Assembly (NCBI GenBank): GCA_000708835.1
Contig: DF236958.1
Span: 428,694 to 474,224, forward strand
Source of the DNA: Klebsormidium nitens
Lineage: Eukaryota; Plantae; Klebsormidiophyceae
DNA length: 45,531 nucleotides
Direction: 5' to 3'
Notes under the pieces: model-generated
The model's database searches: none
The model's input: the letters and a program-made list of their open reading frames with translations, nothing else
Told to the model about the DNA's origin: nothing
Part shown: positions 33,727 to 45,333 of the stretch, one piece after another
Numbering within the stretch: position 1 is the first letter of the stretch
Layout of the letters: each line of letters opens with the position of its first letter
Translations under genes and position numbers: made by a program

Positions 33727-34181
33727 NNNNNNNNNNNNNNNNNNNNNNNNNNNNNNNNNNNNNNNNNNNNNNNNNNNNNNNNNNNNNNNNNNNNNNNNNN
33801 NNNNNNNNNNNNNNNNNNNNNNNNNNNNNNNNNNNNNNNNNNNNNNNNNNNNNNNNNNNNNNNNNNNNNNNNNNNNNNNNNNNNNNNNNNNNNNNNNNNN
33901 NNNNNNNNNNNNNNNNNNNNNNNNNNNNNNNNNNNNNNNNNNNNNNNNNNNNNNNNNNNNNNNNNNNNNNNNNNNNNNNNNNNNNNNNNNNNNNNNNNNN
34001 NNNNNNNNNNNNNNNNNNNNNNNNNNNNNNNNNNNNNNNNNNNNNNNNNNNNNNNNNNNNNNNNNNNNNNNNNNNNNNNNNNNNNNNNNNNNNNNNNNNN
34101 NNNNNNNNNNNNNNNNNNNNNNNNNNNNNNNNNNNNNNNNNNNNNNNNNNNNNNNNNNNNNNNNNNNNNNNNNNNNNNNNN
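33727..34181. other. Assembly gap (N run)
   Basis: Run of N. Confidence 1.
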
Positions 34182-35139
34182 TGGAATTAAACATTGTGTT
34201 ACTATGTACTACTACGGTGCCAACCATTTTGTCAAATGTGCCAGTTCGCACGCCCTCGACAAATTTGTCAGGAGTAGGAAAACGACGCGTCTACGGTATT
34301 TTAAATTTGTCAGGGTACCAATCTCGTTGGGAAACAAGACACTTTCCTTAACTCTGAAATTCGAGAGGAAGTAGGTTTTGCAAAATCTGACACCAGAGAT
34401 CAATCAGCGGACACAAGAGACCGTCCGAGCAGGGCTTGCCACCAACTTTCACCGGTGCCGGCTGTCTACCGGCCCTCCTACATTTGTACCGGCTGGCCAC
34501 ACGGGCTAAGTCACCGGGCGCCGGTTTTGCCCAGGCGACCAGCAAGTTTTGCCGGCTGTCCAGCCGGTGGGGTGCCTTCGGCACCGGTGCATCTGTCATT
34601 TCTGCCGGCCAGGTCCAGCCACCGGTTCGTGGCAAGCACTGCGTCCGAGAGAAGGACGCCATTCACTCGGCCTCGGGTCCAATCAGGTGCACCCCATTAT
34701 AGAGCAAACCACTAGCAGTATGCCACGTGGCAGAGCTCTCGCGCCCGGAAAAGTAGGGTTTCAATCGCTGCTCATATGGGCGAGCTGACTCCTGAGCCTG
34801 GCTGATGCGCCCTGGCATTGGCATTGGCATGCCGCATTGGCAAGGGGCCAACTTTCAAGAGGCTAGAGCGGTCTGGACTCGGTCTCATCAATGATAGACT
34901 CACTTGCCGCCCCATCATGGTTTGGCGGGCTTGACCCTTCCATTTGGAGCAGCACAAGCCTGAAGGCTGAAGCTGACATGAAGTCTGTGCTTCTCCTCTC
35001 CTTGTAGATAGCTGAATGCTGGCTTTAAGCTCAATGGTGAATCGACCATGCATTAGGTTTCAATCTGCGGGAGTGACTTTGTCGGGTAAATCAGGAGGCA
35101 GCCGTTGTTAAAGGGCGGCTCATTGTTGTTCATTGTGCA

Positions 35140-38100
35140 ATGGATTCGTTGGGCGAGGCCGAAGTGCCTTCATTTCATGCCAGGAGGGTCCGCAGCATGA
35201 GAGACATCACTCTGGGAGTCAAGCAGCTCCGTTTTGGTAAATGCGAAGTTGAAGCTGATGCGCAAGGTGGGATTTTGGACCAGACCCTGGTCATATCAAT
35301 CTTTTAAACTTGTTCCTGTAAGAGACTTGTCCTGTCTTGGGATTGGCATTGTTTCTCAAAGGGATTTTCGTGCCATCATTGTGTCCATCAGCACAAGCCT
35401 TTCCGGACCTTTTGTGCTGCGACTCCCTGAACTGGAGACAAGTGCGAAGGGTCGATGTTATCATGGTTTCCACCAAGATCTGTGTTGCAATACTGGGGTA
35501 TTATATTCAGTGCATCATCATGGTGAAATGTGTTCGGTTTACGAGCAGGCAGTGACAAGGATCCAGCTGTCAAGGTGAGCACCATCACCCTCAAAGGGGG
35601 TCTGGCAAGCCCAATGCTGCCTCCCCCCCGGGCGTCACCAGCGGGCAAGTTATTCAAGAACAACAGGCGAAAGGAGCTGTCGCACATCTTGCTGAGAGGC
35701 CTGTGGCGCTGGAAAGGAGATGGCAACCAGGTGGGTCTCGCAAGCTGCACCTAAATTTGACTGATTTGATGTGTGGAAGCTGCTGTCATTGATTGGCGAT
35801 CAGCCTTATCCTCATAGAATTTGCGTTGCTTCCGGGGCACTTCTGCTGCACTGAGTCTCTTAGCCCAGCTTGGGAAGCTTCAGCTGCGGCTTGTGAAACT
35901 TGAGGATTGGCACAAGCAAAGCGTGCTAACTAATCAACCGTCAAGTAAGTACCGAGCACACGCGATTTGCAGGCAAAGAAACGGCGAAGGAAGAATTATG
36001 CTGGTCAGAGCGGCTCTGAGACTGGCGTCAGCAGCGAGAACCGGGCTCATCTGCAGCACACTGGGGAGATGTATCGCGGGGGCCTCCTCTCTGAGGGTGG
36101 CCAGGGGGTGGGAGTGGGGGGGGACGCCACTGGCAGCGAGAGCTCAGCTGGGGAGGGCTTCTACTACAGCAGTGGGGGCGGGTCGGGGCGCGGCTCAGCC
36201 AGGAGCGCAACAGGTGCAGAACAGCAGCAAACTGCTCGCCACTCAACTTCTTGAACCTGGCGAAAGCCTCATTCCAGCAGGACTGTTGTTGCTAATGAAG
36301 GCTTATGAAGATTTGCGTTCTCTTTCCTTTGGCCTCTGTGATGAGTAGCGTGGGGCTCACAATCGATCGAGAGGCTCAGCTCATGTGGATTCTACAATCC
36401 GTTTTCCCCGCCTGCTCATTGAATTTGTATATTGGCCCGCAGGCAAGCGCGTGGTGCGGCGTGTGCGGCGGCTGCCTCCCCTGAGCCCTGGCGGGCTGGC
36501 CCCCCTGGCGGCACGCACCGCCAACCAGGCAGAGCAGCACAAGGAGCGCGCCCCCGCCCAGCAGGGCCCGTCAAAGCTGCGCTCCGGGGAGGGGGGGGTG
36601 CCGGAGACCGCGGAAAAGGGCGGGACTGAGCCAGCAGGCAGGTTGGGCAAGAGCAGCATGGCCCCCAGGGGGGCAGAGCAGAAGGGGGCACCAGGCGACG
36701 GAAGCGGGGAGCGGAGCGAGGTGGCGGCTGGGGTAGCGACAGCGGGAGTGGCAAAGAGAATGGACGGGAGGCACGGCAGCCGGCCCACAAGCGCCACGCT
36801 GACGCACAGCCACAGCAACGACTCTGGATACGGGAGTGAACTGGGTGAGGGAGGGGCCCGCGGATGGGCACACTCGGTTCTGGAGTAGGGGGTCGAACTT
36901 ATCTTTTTGCAAGAGGACGGACAGAGCTGTTTCAAAGTGCAGAATTTTGTCATGGCTGCGGCCTTGCTCCTAGCTGTGCGACTATCATTAAATGCTTGAG
37001 CTGTACTGTGCTTGGAGTGTGCGGAGGAGCAACCGACGTTGAGTTGCTTATGTTCGATACCACTATTTGGCAAGGTGCACCAGTGCTAAGATGGAGGGGG
37101 AACTGGATGTTGAGAAGACCGCGTTCGTAGTGGCAGTTGCCGGAACTGTCTTAACTCTGGACCGGTAGATGTTGGATGCTGACTTGTTTGACTGCTGTGC
37201 GCACAGGGTACGGTGGCGATGGAGAGACAGGGTACGGCGACGAGAGCTACGGCGACGAGTTCAGCGTGGAGGAGGAGGAGGACTGGGACAAGGAAGGCCC
37301 CCCGCCCGCAGAGTACTGGCGGCTGTGGGAGGCGCTCGTGGCGGCGGGGGGACTGCGCGGCAGGCACAGGGCGGGGCGGGGCGGGGAGCCGCTCAAGGAG
37401 ACGTTTGCGGAGCTGATGCGGGACGCCAAGGACGGCGGTATGGCCACGCTCCCAGCTCTGTCGCAGCATGAGCACAGGCAATGCTGGATAATTTTGGAGC
37501 TTGATTTCTGCAGGATTGAGGACGGTTTTGCTACAACCAAAGTTCTCCGCTTTAGCCTGAGGACCATGTGGATGATACCACCTGATTGCGAGCTGACTGA
37601 CTTGGAGTCATACTTTGCTGCTGCCCACTTTGATCTGAAGCTTCCTGACTCCCACAGTCCCTACTGTTTGAGGGACCGAGCAACGGGTCCGTGCTTGTTT
37701 GTATGCACAGCATCACCCTGGCCGCAGTGTATCGGCTGGCCACTCGTCATCTCGTCAGTCATTGCATCAGGCTTGCGAACAGGAGTTGAAGCATCGGTGG
37801 TCCGACGTCTTTTGTCTCGAAGCTTGTTCAGTGATTTATTGCAGTCAGGTTAGGAGCACGCGAATGGCGCGTCCTACCTGGAAATCACATCTGCAGTGCC
37901 ACCTGGCAGAGGGATATGGCAGTGCAGAGTGTCTGGAAGCCTCTTGTGCGTATCTGCTGAGTTCGGACCCATTCTAAAGAAACTGGCATTCACTCCCCCG
38001 CCTACAACCGACGTCATGCTTCCCAGCAGAGCAAAGTAAGACACTGGCCCACGGGCTGAGCGCTGGCTGTGCCTGCATGTGCAGGGAGCCACCAGATGGC

Positions 38101-38368
38101 GGAGCTGCTCAGCGCGAGCCACGCGCGCGTCAAGCGCTACCAGCAGCGCCTGCGCCGCCGACGGAGGCAGTGGACGCACCCGCTGCCGCCGCACCCGCAG
38201 CCGCACCCCGTGAGGCGCGAGACGGAGGAGTCGTCCGGCGACTGCTCCCTGCACTCGCTGCAGACCAGCGTGGACGGCAGCGGCGCGCGGTGCAGCGCAG
38301 AGTGGCGCCTGCAGCGCACCAACAGCCTGCGGGAAGCGGACATGGATAAAGAGAACACGGGCAGTTGA
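35140..38368 (+). CDS. Hypothetical, largely disordered protein (~478 aa). Exons 35140-35236, 35549-35730, 35973-36213, 36443-36844, 37207-37437, 38085-38368
   Basis: Six GC-rich blocks join in frame through GT-AG introns (phases 1, 0, 1, 1, 1): MDSLGEAEVPSFHARRVRSMRDITLGVKQLRF|GSDKDPAVK...LWRWKGDGNQ|AKKRRRKNYAG...|GKRVVRRVRRLPPLSPGG...NDSGYGSEL|GYGGDGE...EEEEDWDKEGPPPAEYWRLWEAL...|GSHQMAELLSASHARVKRYQQRLRRRRRQW...DMDKENTGS*. No recognised domain. Confidence 0.65.
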
Positions 38369-40202
38369 CGGCAGGGCGGGCCCAGGTGACGGGCCAGGTG
38401 GTGAAGTCAGTGGTTTACACAGGGGCGCGTGTGGTTGCATTGCCTGCACAGGGTAGATTAAGTGTACAGAAACGGCAATAGGACTGGACAACAGGGGCAT
38501 CACTGCGACTACTGGCATCAGAGCTGGCCGTTTTTTGTCGCTGTAAGGATGGAGCAACAGCAGTAGGTTCTGGAAGGGATTCCAATGAAAGCTGGGCCTT
38601 CGAGTGGTAGGTGAAGTTGGAAAGACAGAGTGTCTCTTTGTGGTAGGCTAAGCTGGGTGGTTACTGGGCTATGGTTGACGGAATTGCTCAGCGAGTCGGT
38701 ACTCGTGTACAATACACGGATAAGGTAGAGGCACAGCGGTCAGCTAGCACGCACGGGACATCAACGAGATCTGGACCGCGTGATGTAGATATGAGAAGGG
38801 GGATGGTTATTGGTTCGTCACATCCGGGCAGATCCTTTCATTATTTGAACACTTTGATGAATCACGTGCACGAGGCAGGATGCATCTTGCAACATGCACT
38901 TGTTGCACTGTCGTAATTCATATCTGCTTGCCAACTCTGTTTTCTACAACTTTGATGTTGTTAATCGACTCAGCTGAATTGGAATCACTTCTGCATATTT
39001 CTTTTAGACAGCTATCTTTTTGTTCAAGCATATGGTATGATGAACACTTGCTCGCGCAAACATTGTACATGTCATCGCGTTTGTATACTTAAGATAGTAC
39101 CCTTGCGCGTTGAGCGGATGTACTGCAGTAGGGTCATGATTTGTACGGTCTGCATGTAATTAAATGCGATCCATGGCCCGTAGCGCAAATCTGAGCCTCG
39201 AGGCCGCTTGGCACAAGCTAAGCCTGCCAATATCGTGCTGCAGCTTCGACCATGTCATTGCATGGACAGCCGCTGCTCACATACGTACTGCATACGTACC
39301 GCTGTCTGTACTGCCGGCTCTCGGCGGCATGAGGCCGTTACCTAGCTTCAAGTTAAGACCACTCGATGTCCAACATATGCATGCTGTATCATTGCGCGGT
39401 CAAGGCCCGTGACCGTCACTCTTTTATCGAAAGCAGAGCTTTGCATGTCAGCATGTAAGGTCACACTTTCAGACGGTCAATTGCGGGAAGGGTCGTGTTA
39501 CCGACACTCCATGACATAACGCTCCGGCCCTGTTTGAGCATGCACCTTAACCGGTATGATTTTGATGAACTTTTCCTTCACCATCTCACACTTCATCACT
39601 CGATTGTTGCGATAGAATCCATATCTTTAGGACTCATATCTGAGGTGTGGGCGAAGTACACGCATGTTGCGAAGTGGCAACACAACCGCCAGCCGTCTGA
39701 GCATGACGTTGCGCTGCATCACGAGGGTTGGCTCAAGTTTCGTGGCAGATGGGGAAACCGCTTCAACAAATCAACCCCTCACTTTGGTAGACTGGTTAAC
39801 GACGCAATCAGATCCGGCTTCAGCAAGCCTTGACTGCCCAGGCTCCGCTCTTCCAGGCCGCCAGGCATTTCCAGAGAGCCACCGAAAACGAGCTGCGGCT
39901 GCAAACACGAACAGACCTTCAGGCCGGAGCATGAGTTGAGGTAAAGAGCCAGAAAGAACGGTAAGCATACCAGGTGAAAACCTTGATGCCACGGGAAAAG
40001 CGGAAAAGCAAACGGACCTGGCGCAGGTCCCTGTCTGCAAGCAGCCCCAGCCCGTGTTATGCCTCAAGCGAATCAGCCTCGTCGTTCTTCCCTGGCAACA
40101 GTTGCCGCACCTGAGCGTGCACGCCTTGGTTTGCAACGCTTACCGCATGACAGCAGCAAGCACCTCCACTTTCTAGCACAACCGGCGCCGCTGCTGCGTA
40201 CG

Positions 40203-43200
40203 TCAGTTGCTGACGCTGTCCCTGTTCGGCGGGGCGCGGCTGACGATCGCCTGCAGCGCCTCGTAGGCGGGGCGGGTGAGCCGCGCGGTGACGCTGTCAC
40301 GCTTCATGGCCGCGAATACGACGGCGGCCTCGTCGAAACGGCGGAGCCTGCAGGCAGACCCACAGAGGAACTCGGGGTCAGTGATGCTCCGAAAAGACCA
40401 CCGGGAAAGTGGCACTACTGTAAGTCGCCCAGAGCAGGAATGTACTGAAAAGAAGAGCCAATTGTCAAAGAGATGCCGTATCCGACAAACCATCTCCGAT
40501 CAGAATTCATTCAAACTTCGGGGAGGACCCGACAGGGAAGGTTTGAGAGACACAATTTTACTTTATGAACCTGTACGGGACAACAGACTATTGCCGTCCG
40601 TTCCGACGACAGGCTTCTGATAGTGTAAATAAACAAAGGAAGCCACTGTGTTACTGGGTCAACCCGTTGGTCAATTGGGAGACCTCCGTCGAGACGCCAA
40701 TCCTTCACGACCTTGTCTGGCGAACAAGCAGGTCGTGCAAGTCCCCTCAGGGAGCTTGCACGGTATGCAAGGCAGCCGCCCTGTGAGCACCCACCAAGAG
40801 CCGGCGAGAAAGCAAGGCTTGTGACGGCCCACTGCTCTCAGAGTTGAACTCCTCTCATAAGCTAAGTTGCTACCCTCCCGCCCCGCCACTGCTGCACATT
40901 TCCATTCCGCCCGCTCGTTGGCTCACCTCCCGAGGGCGGTAATGACGGCCGAGTACGACACCACGTCCGGCGCCAGCCCTGCTGCGCGCATCCGGTCCAG
41001 GAGGCGCCGCGCCGCCTCGACCTGCCCCTCCGCCGCATAGGCCTCCACCAGAGCGTTCACGGTGCGCACGTCGGCCTCCCCGCATTGCAGCAGCCCCTCC
41101 ACACCACGCTCCGCTTCGGCAACCCGCTTTAGGCGGCACAGTGCACCTACGCGCAAGTTTCGCGCCAGCGCGTCGGGCGCCACCCCCGCCGCGGCCATCT
41201 CGTCAAACACGGTGAGCGCGTCCGCGTCGCGCCCCGCCTGCTGGAGGGCACTCATGAGCGCCGTGTACGCCACCACGTCCCCCGCCACGCCCCCGCGCTG
41301 CATCCGCCGGAAGCACTCGACGGCCTCGTCGGGGAGGCCCGCCCGCCCGTACGCGGTCAGGAGCGTGGTCCACGCGGCCGCGTCCGGCTGCAGGCCCTCG
41401 TTGAGCAGCCACTGGAACATGGCCTCCGCCTCCACGACCCGCTCCGCGCGGCCAAACGCGTCGATCAGCACCGAGAACGTCTCCACCGTCGGCCGCACCC
41501 CGACCTTGCGCATCCGTCGGAACGTTTTGATGCACCGTGCAACCTGGCCCGCCCGTGCATACGCCGCCAGCAGGCTGTTGAACGCCGCCGCGCCCGGCTC
41601 GACTCCCAACAGGGACATCTCGTCAAACACCTGCGCCGCGCGGTCAACGTCCCCCGCCTTGGCAAACGCGTCGACCAGCACCGCCAGCTGCACCAGCCCC
41701 GGCGCGAGCCCGACGCCCTGCATCTGCCGTAAAGTGTCCACGAGCGCAGAAAGGCGCCCCGACTTGCCCAACGCATCCATCAGCATCGTGTAGCTAACCT
41801 CGTCCGCTGTACAGCTGTCGCGCTCTAATTGGTCGAACACCCGCACAACGTCCCCTACCCTGCCGGCCCGGCTGTACGCCTCCAGCGCGGCATTGTACAG
41901 TCCTACGTCTAGCGGTGACAAGCGCCGCCTCGCTTCTACCAGGGCGGACTCTACCCTAGCCAGCTCCCCATGCCGGCTGTATGCCCGTATCAGGGCCGTG
42001 TAAACCGGCCCCGTCTGCGTTACTTCCGATTCTACGAGCGCTTTCAGGTGATCCTCAACTCGTGCTAGGCTATCCGCCGCATCGATCACCGCTGCAAACA
42101 CGAGCGCGTCTGGCCGAACCCCCTCCTTCTTCAGCTGCGCAAAGAGTGCAGCCGCTTCTTCCGACAACCCAGCGGAGGCACACGCGCTTATGAGCAGTGT
42201 GAAGGTCCCCACATTTGGCTGCAGCCCTGCTGCCCTCATTTGCGGCAGCACCTTGAGCCCCTCGCGCAGCTGCCCCGCGCGGCAGCACGCCTTGACCAGC
42301 GTGTTGAAGCTGATCACGTCCAACCGGAACCCCGCTTCCCGCATCTCTGCCAAAACGCCATACGCTTCCTGCCACCCGCCGGTCTCCGCATGAGCATCCA
42401 GCAAGGTGTTAAAGCCCACCAACGTTGGCTCAAGTCCGTCCGCCTGCATCTGGTGGAAGATGCGGACAGCCTCCCCAGGCTGCCCCCCCCGCGTGCACGC
42501 CTTAAGGAGCGTGTTATAGACTACCGGATCAGGGGCAACGCCTTCTCGGCGCATCTGTTCGAAGAGGGAGATGCCGCGCGGCAGCCAACCAGGGCTGGCG
42601 GCACACGCGTTGATGGCGGTTGCATACGAATAGAAGTCGGGGCGCACGCTCGCGGCAGACATGAGGGGGAACAGAGCCAGCGCCTCGCGGGGCCGACCGC
42701 ACCTGGAACAAGGAAGGAGGGTGACGCATCAACTGCAATACCACATGCACCTGGACACTGCAGTAGACGAGTGCCATTGGAGATGAGCGGGCTTCAACTT
42801 GGCCCGAAGGAGAAGAGGGCGGATGGCGCCACCGCTCGAAAGACAGGAACAGCACACAGTCTGGTCCAGTGGTGTTTCTCAACCTCTTACAGAACAGGCA
42901 CAAGAGCACGAGTGGCTGCCCAATGGTGGCCACTTCCATTTTGTCATAAACAGGGAGAGAGCGCCTGCTCGCAGGGTCTCCCCACCTGACGTAGACGCTC
43001 ATCATGGTGTTGAACACCACCACATTGCGCTTCAAGCCCCGCCCCGCCATCTCTTCAAACAGCCGTTCCGCCTCCCCCAACTGCTGCGCCCGCCCCAGCG
43101 CTGACAGCACGCTGACATACGTTATCTGGTTCGGAGCGCATTCGCCGCCCACCCCTTTCATCCACTCCAACACTTCCAGCCCCCTGCGCCAGCGCCCCTC

Positions 43201-44517
43201 TCGCCCCAGTTCCTTGACCACCTGGTTGGCGTCAATTACGCGCAACTGGCCGCGCCATCGCTGTAACACCTCCGCTGCGCCCTCCGTGCGTGACAGCCCC
43301 TGCAGCGCCGCCACCACCTGCTTCACGGCCCGCTGGCCAACAACGCGTTGCGCCTCCTTCTCAGGGGCATTCTTCAGGGCATAATCTGTCCCCCTACTGA
43401 GGACAACGTCTTCAGGGGACTGCAAATGCGGCGCCCGCCGTTGACTATGCACAGCCTGGCCTGCGCTGCCGTTGCGTCCTGGCTGCTCCCCAGGACCTGT
43501 CCTCGACCTACCTCTTTCCGAATCCTCCAGTTCAATGCCAGCCCCCAAGGCTGCGTCTGAAACGATTTTGGCATCCCGTGCGTGACCCCCTCGTTCGAGT
43601 GTCTCCAGGCTCGCTGCAGCATTCCGTACTCTGCCCCTCCGTCGCTCCCTCCGTGCCTTGCTGCTTGTGCTTCGGCGCATATCGTACACTCTTCCAATCT
43701 CTAACCCCAGGGCCGCACTCGCAGCATCCTCCATCTCGCAAGCTTCCATGCTTCCTCCTTTGGCACCATTTGCTGATGCAGCGTCTCCCGGAAGCCCCGC
43801 ACTGTTACTCCCCAGGGATGACCGATTCCTGGTAATGGTGCTCCTCTGCGGAGGGTGCGCTGCGCCCCGCTGCTCTTCCGGGTCTTCCGCCATTGCAAAA
43901 AACTTGCTGTCCCTTGTGTCAAATGCAACTTGCACGCGACCCCGCGAGGCCCGAGTGCGCGCATCCATCGAAGCCCTGGCAGGTTTGTGGGGCCGCTGCT
44001 CCCCCTCCTGCTCTGTGCGCGGGCGCTGCGTCTCTCCCGCTGGCACGCGGTGCCCATTGACCTCAGCCGCCTTGCCCGCCTTCTTCTTTTGCTGGTGGCT
44101 GCGTGCGCGTGCTTCTTGGGCCCCCGTCGCTCTCTCCCAGGCCGGCTGAACGGGCGGAGAGAAGGACACGGACGCGTCCGCACCGCTGCTTGCGCGCCGG
44201 CGTATCTCTTCCCACTCTTGCAAGGAACCCTCTTGGTCCGGTGCCTGAACCCCGACATCCCCCCTCTCACTGAACGCCCTCGCAGCTTTGCCCGACGTCC
44301 TTCCAGGAAGGACTTCGCTGTCGTCCACTCTGCCCACTCGTGAGGAGCTCTTCTTGGTCCCACCCGCGTGCCCGCTCCCAACAATCAGCAAATGCTGCAA
44401 CTTGCACAGGCTGCTCTTATACAACATTCGAGGATATGCCGGTTCGTCGCTCAAGACAAAGTTGTGGGCGTGAAAGCCAGGCCAAAGCTTACAGCAAGAA
44501 GCTGCTGCCGTCACCAT
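40203..44517 (-). CDS. P-class pentatricopeptide repeat protein (~1150 aa, ~20 PPR motifs, long N-terminal extension). Exons 44517-42986, 42702-40927, 40347-40203
   Basis: Tandem 35-aa motifs such as VISFNTLVKACCRAGQLREGLKVLPQMRAAGLQPN. Both introns are phase 2 and fall within motifs (...SVYVR|CGRPREAL and ...TALGR|LRRFDEA). No E/DYW or SMR domain is visible. Confidence 0.93.
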
Positions 44518-44749
44518 CCTCCCTCATGAGCGCTGCCTGGGGCCGTATCCCTTTCCTACTTCCTGTACTTCAACTTCAAGAGTTCAGAGAAGGGAAAGCA
44601 GCGCTAGCGCAGCCAACACGCCCATACATGCGGTACCTACTTATCCTTGGAGTAGGTACGTACCGGATAAGAATGTTACTACTAAAGGCGGCGCGCAGTA
44701 TTGCAGCGCAAACGTTGCAACCATTCGGAATCACAGACATATAATTACC

Positions 44750-44875
44750 TATTTGAAATCAACATCGTATATTTTGAAATCAACATCATATAATTTGATA
44801 TCAAAATCAAATAATTAGAAATCAGAATCAAATAATTTGAAATCAAAATCAAACAATTAGGAATCAAAATCAAAA
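44750..44875 (+). repeat. Six tandem copies of a 21-bp AT-rich unit (consensus ~AATTTGAAATCAAAATCAAAT)
   Basis: The core (T/A)G(A/G)(A/T)ATCA recurs at 44754, 44775, 44796, 44817, 44838 and 44859. Confidence 0.92.
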
Positions 44876-45267
44876 TTGCTGCTCGCAGCCCACCGACCCC
44901 TCGGAAAAATGGGGTTCCGGCTTTCTTGCCCCTACAACCCTTTGTTTGACCCAAGGAGTCACCTTGGCCGGTAGGGTCCGACTTCAAACCCCCGTTTCTC
45001 ATGTGAGAATAGACTTCCCTAGTATCCAACACAGTGTTCATGTCAAGCTTGACCGAAGGGCCTAGGTAATATAGGTACTCTGTTTGGCTCGTTTGGCTTA
45101 ACCCTACCGGCTAAACCAGGTCGACCTCGCACCGGGAGCTGCTCCAAGGCTTCTTCTGCGATCGATACCGTCGGATCATAAAAACGACATTGAACGGCTT
45201 CAGACGAGGCTAAGGTAGCCCGTCGATCGATCCGAGCTACCATCTGACGGTCGAAAGCTTCAAGATC

Positions 45268-45333
45268 AATCTTGATTTTGATTTCTAATTGTCTGCTTTT
45301 GATTTCTATTCATTTGATGTTGATTTGATGTTG
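45268..45333 (-). repeat. About three copies of the same 21-bp unit in inverted orientation
   Basis: TGATTT recurs at 45279, 45300 and 45321. The reverse complement ACAATTAGAAATCAAAATCAAGATTG matches the end of the left array, ACAATTAGGAATCAAAATCAAAATTG. Confidence 0.85.

Noticed and set aside
33496-34374. 292-aa and 183-aa ORFs spanning the N run
   Set aside because: Artefacts of translating through the assembly gap.
35818-35944. Possible extra exon (NLRCFRGTS...NQPS) with a strong GTAAGT donor
   Set aside because: It leaves a 28-nt intron and the wrong phase for the exon at 35973. It could only be a mutually exclusive alternative joined to 36443, which is unsupported.
39495-39833. ORF containing GWLKFRGRWGN, reminiscent of a Vps62-like W-L-x-F-x-G-R-W-G motif
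   Set aside because: The motif is short, the surrounding sequence has no supporting similarity or splice structure, and the ORF lies between convergent 3' ends.
42529-42985. C-terminal part of the 662-aa minus ORF
   Set aside because: Intron (42985-42703) plus out-of-frame read-through. The PPR periodicity continues only via the splice to 42702.
41062-42989. Long + strand ORFs (243 and 249 aa) over the PPR gene
   Set aside because: Antisense shadows of a GC-rich coding exon.
29077-44517. Functional clustering of organelle-targeted genes (with cytochrome c, AKR and the Rieske-like gene)
   Set aside because: Unrelated pathways and mixed orientations. Organelle-targeted genes are common enough for this to be chance.
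44745-45041. 98-aa minus ORF with LILISNY heptad repeats
   Set aside because: Translation of the 21-bp AT-rich array. Composition is unlike the coding exons here, so it is treated as non-coding.
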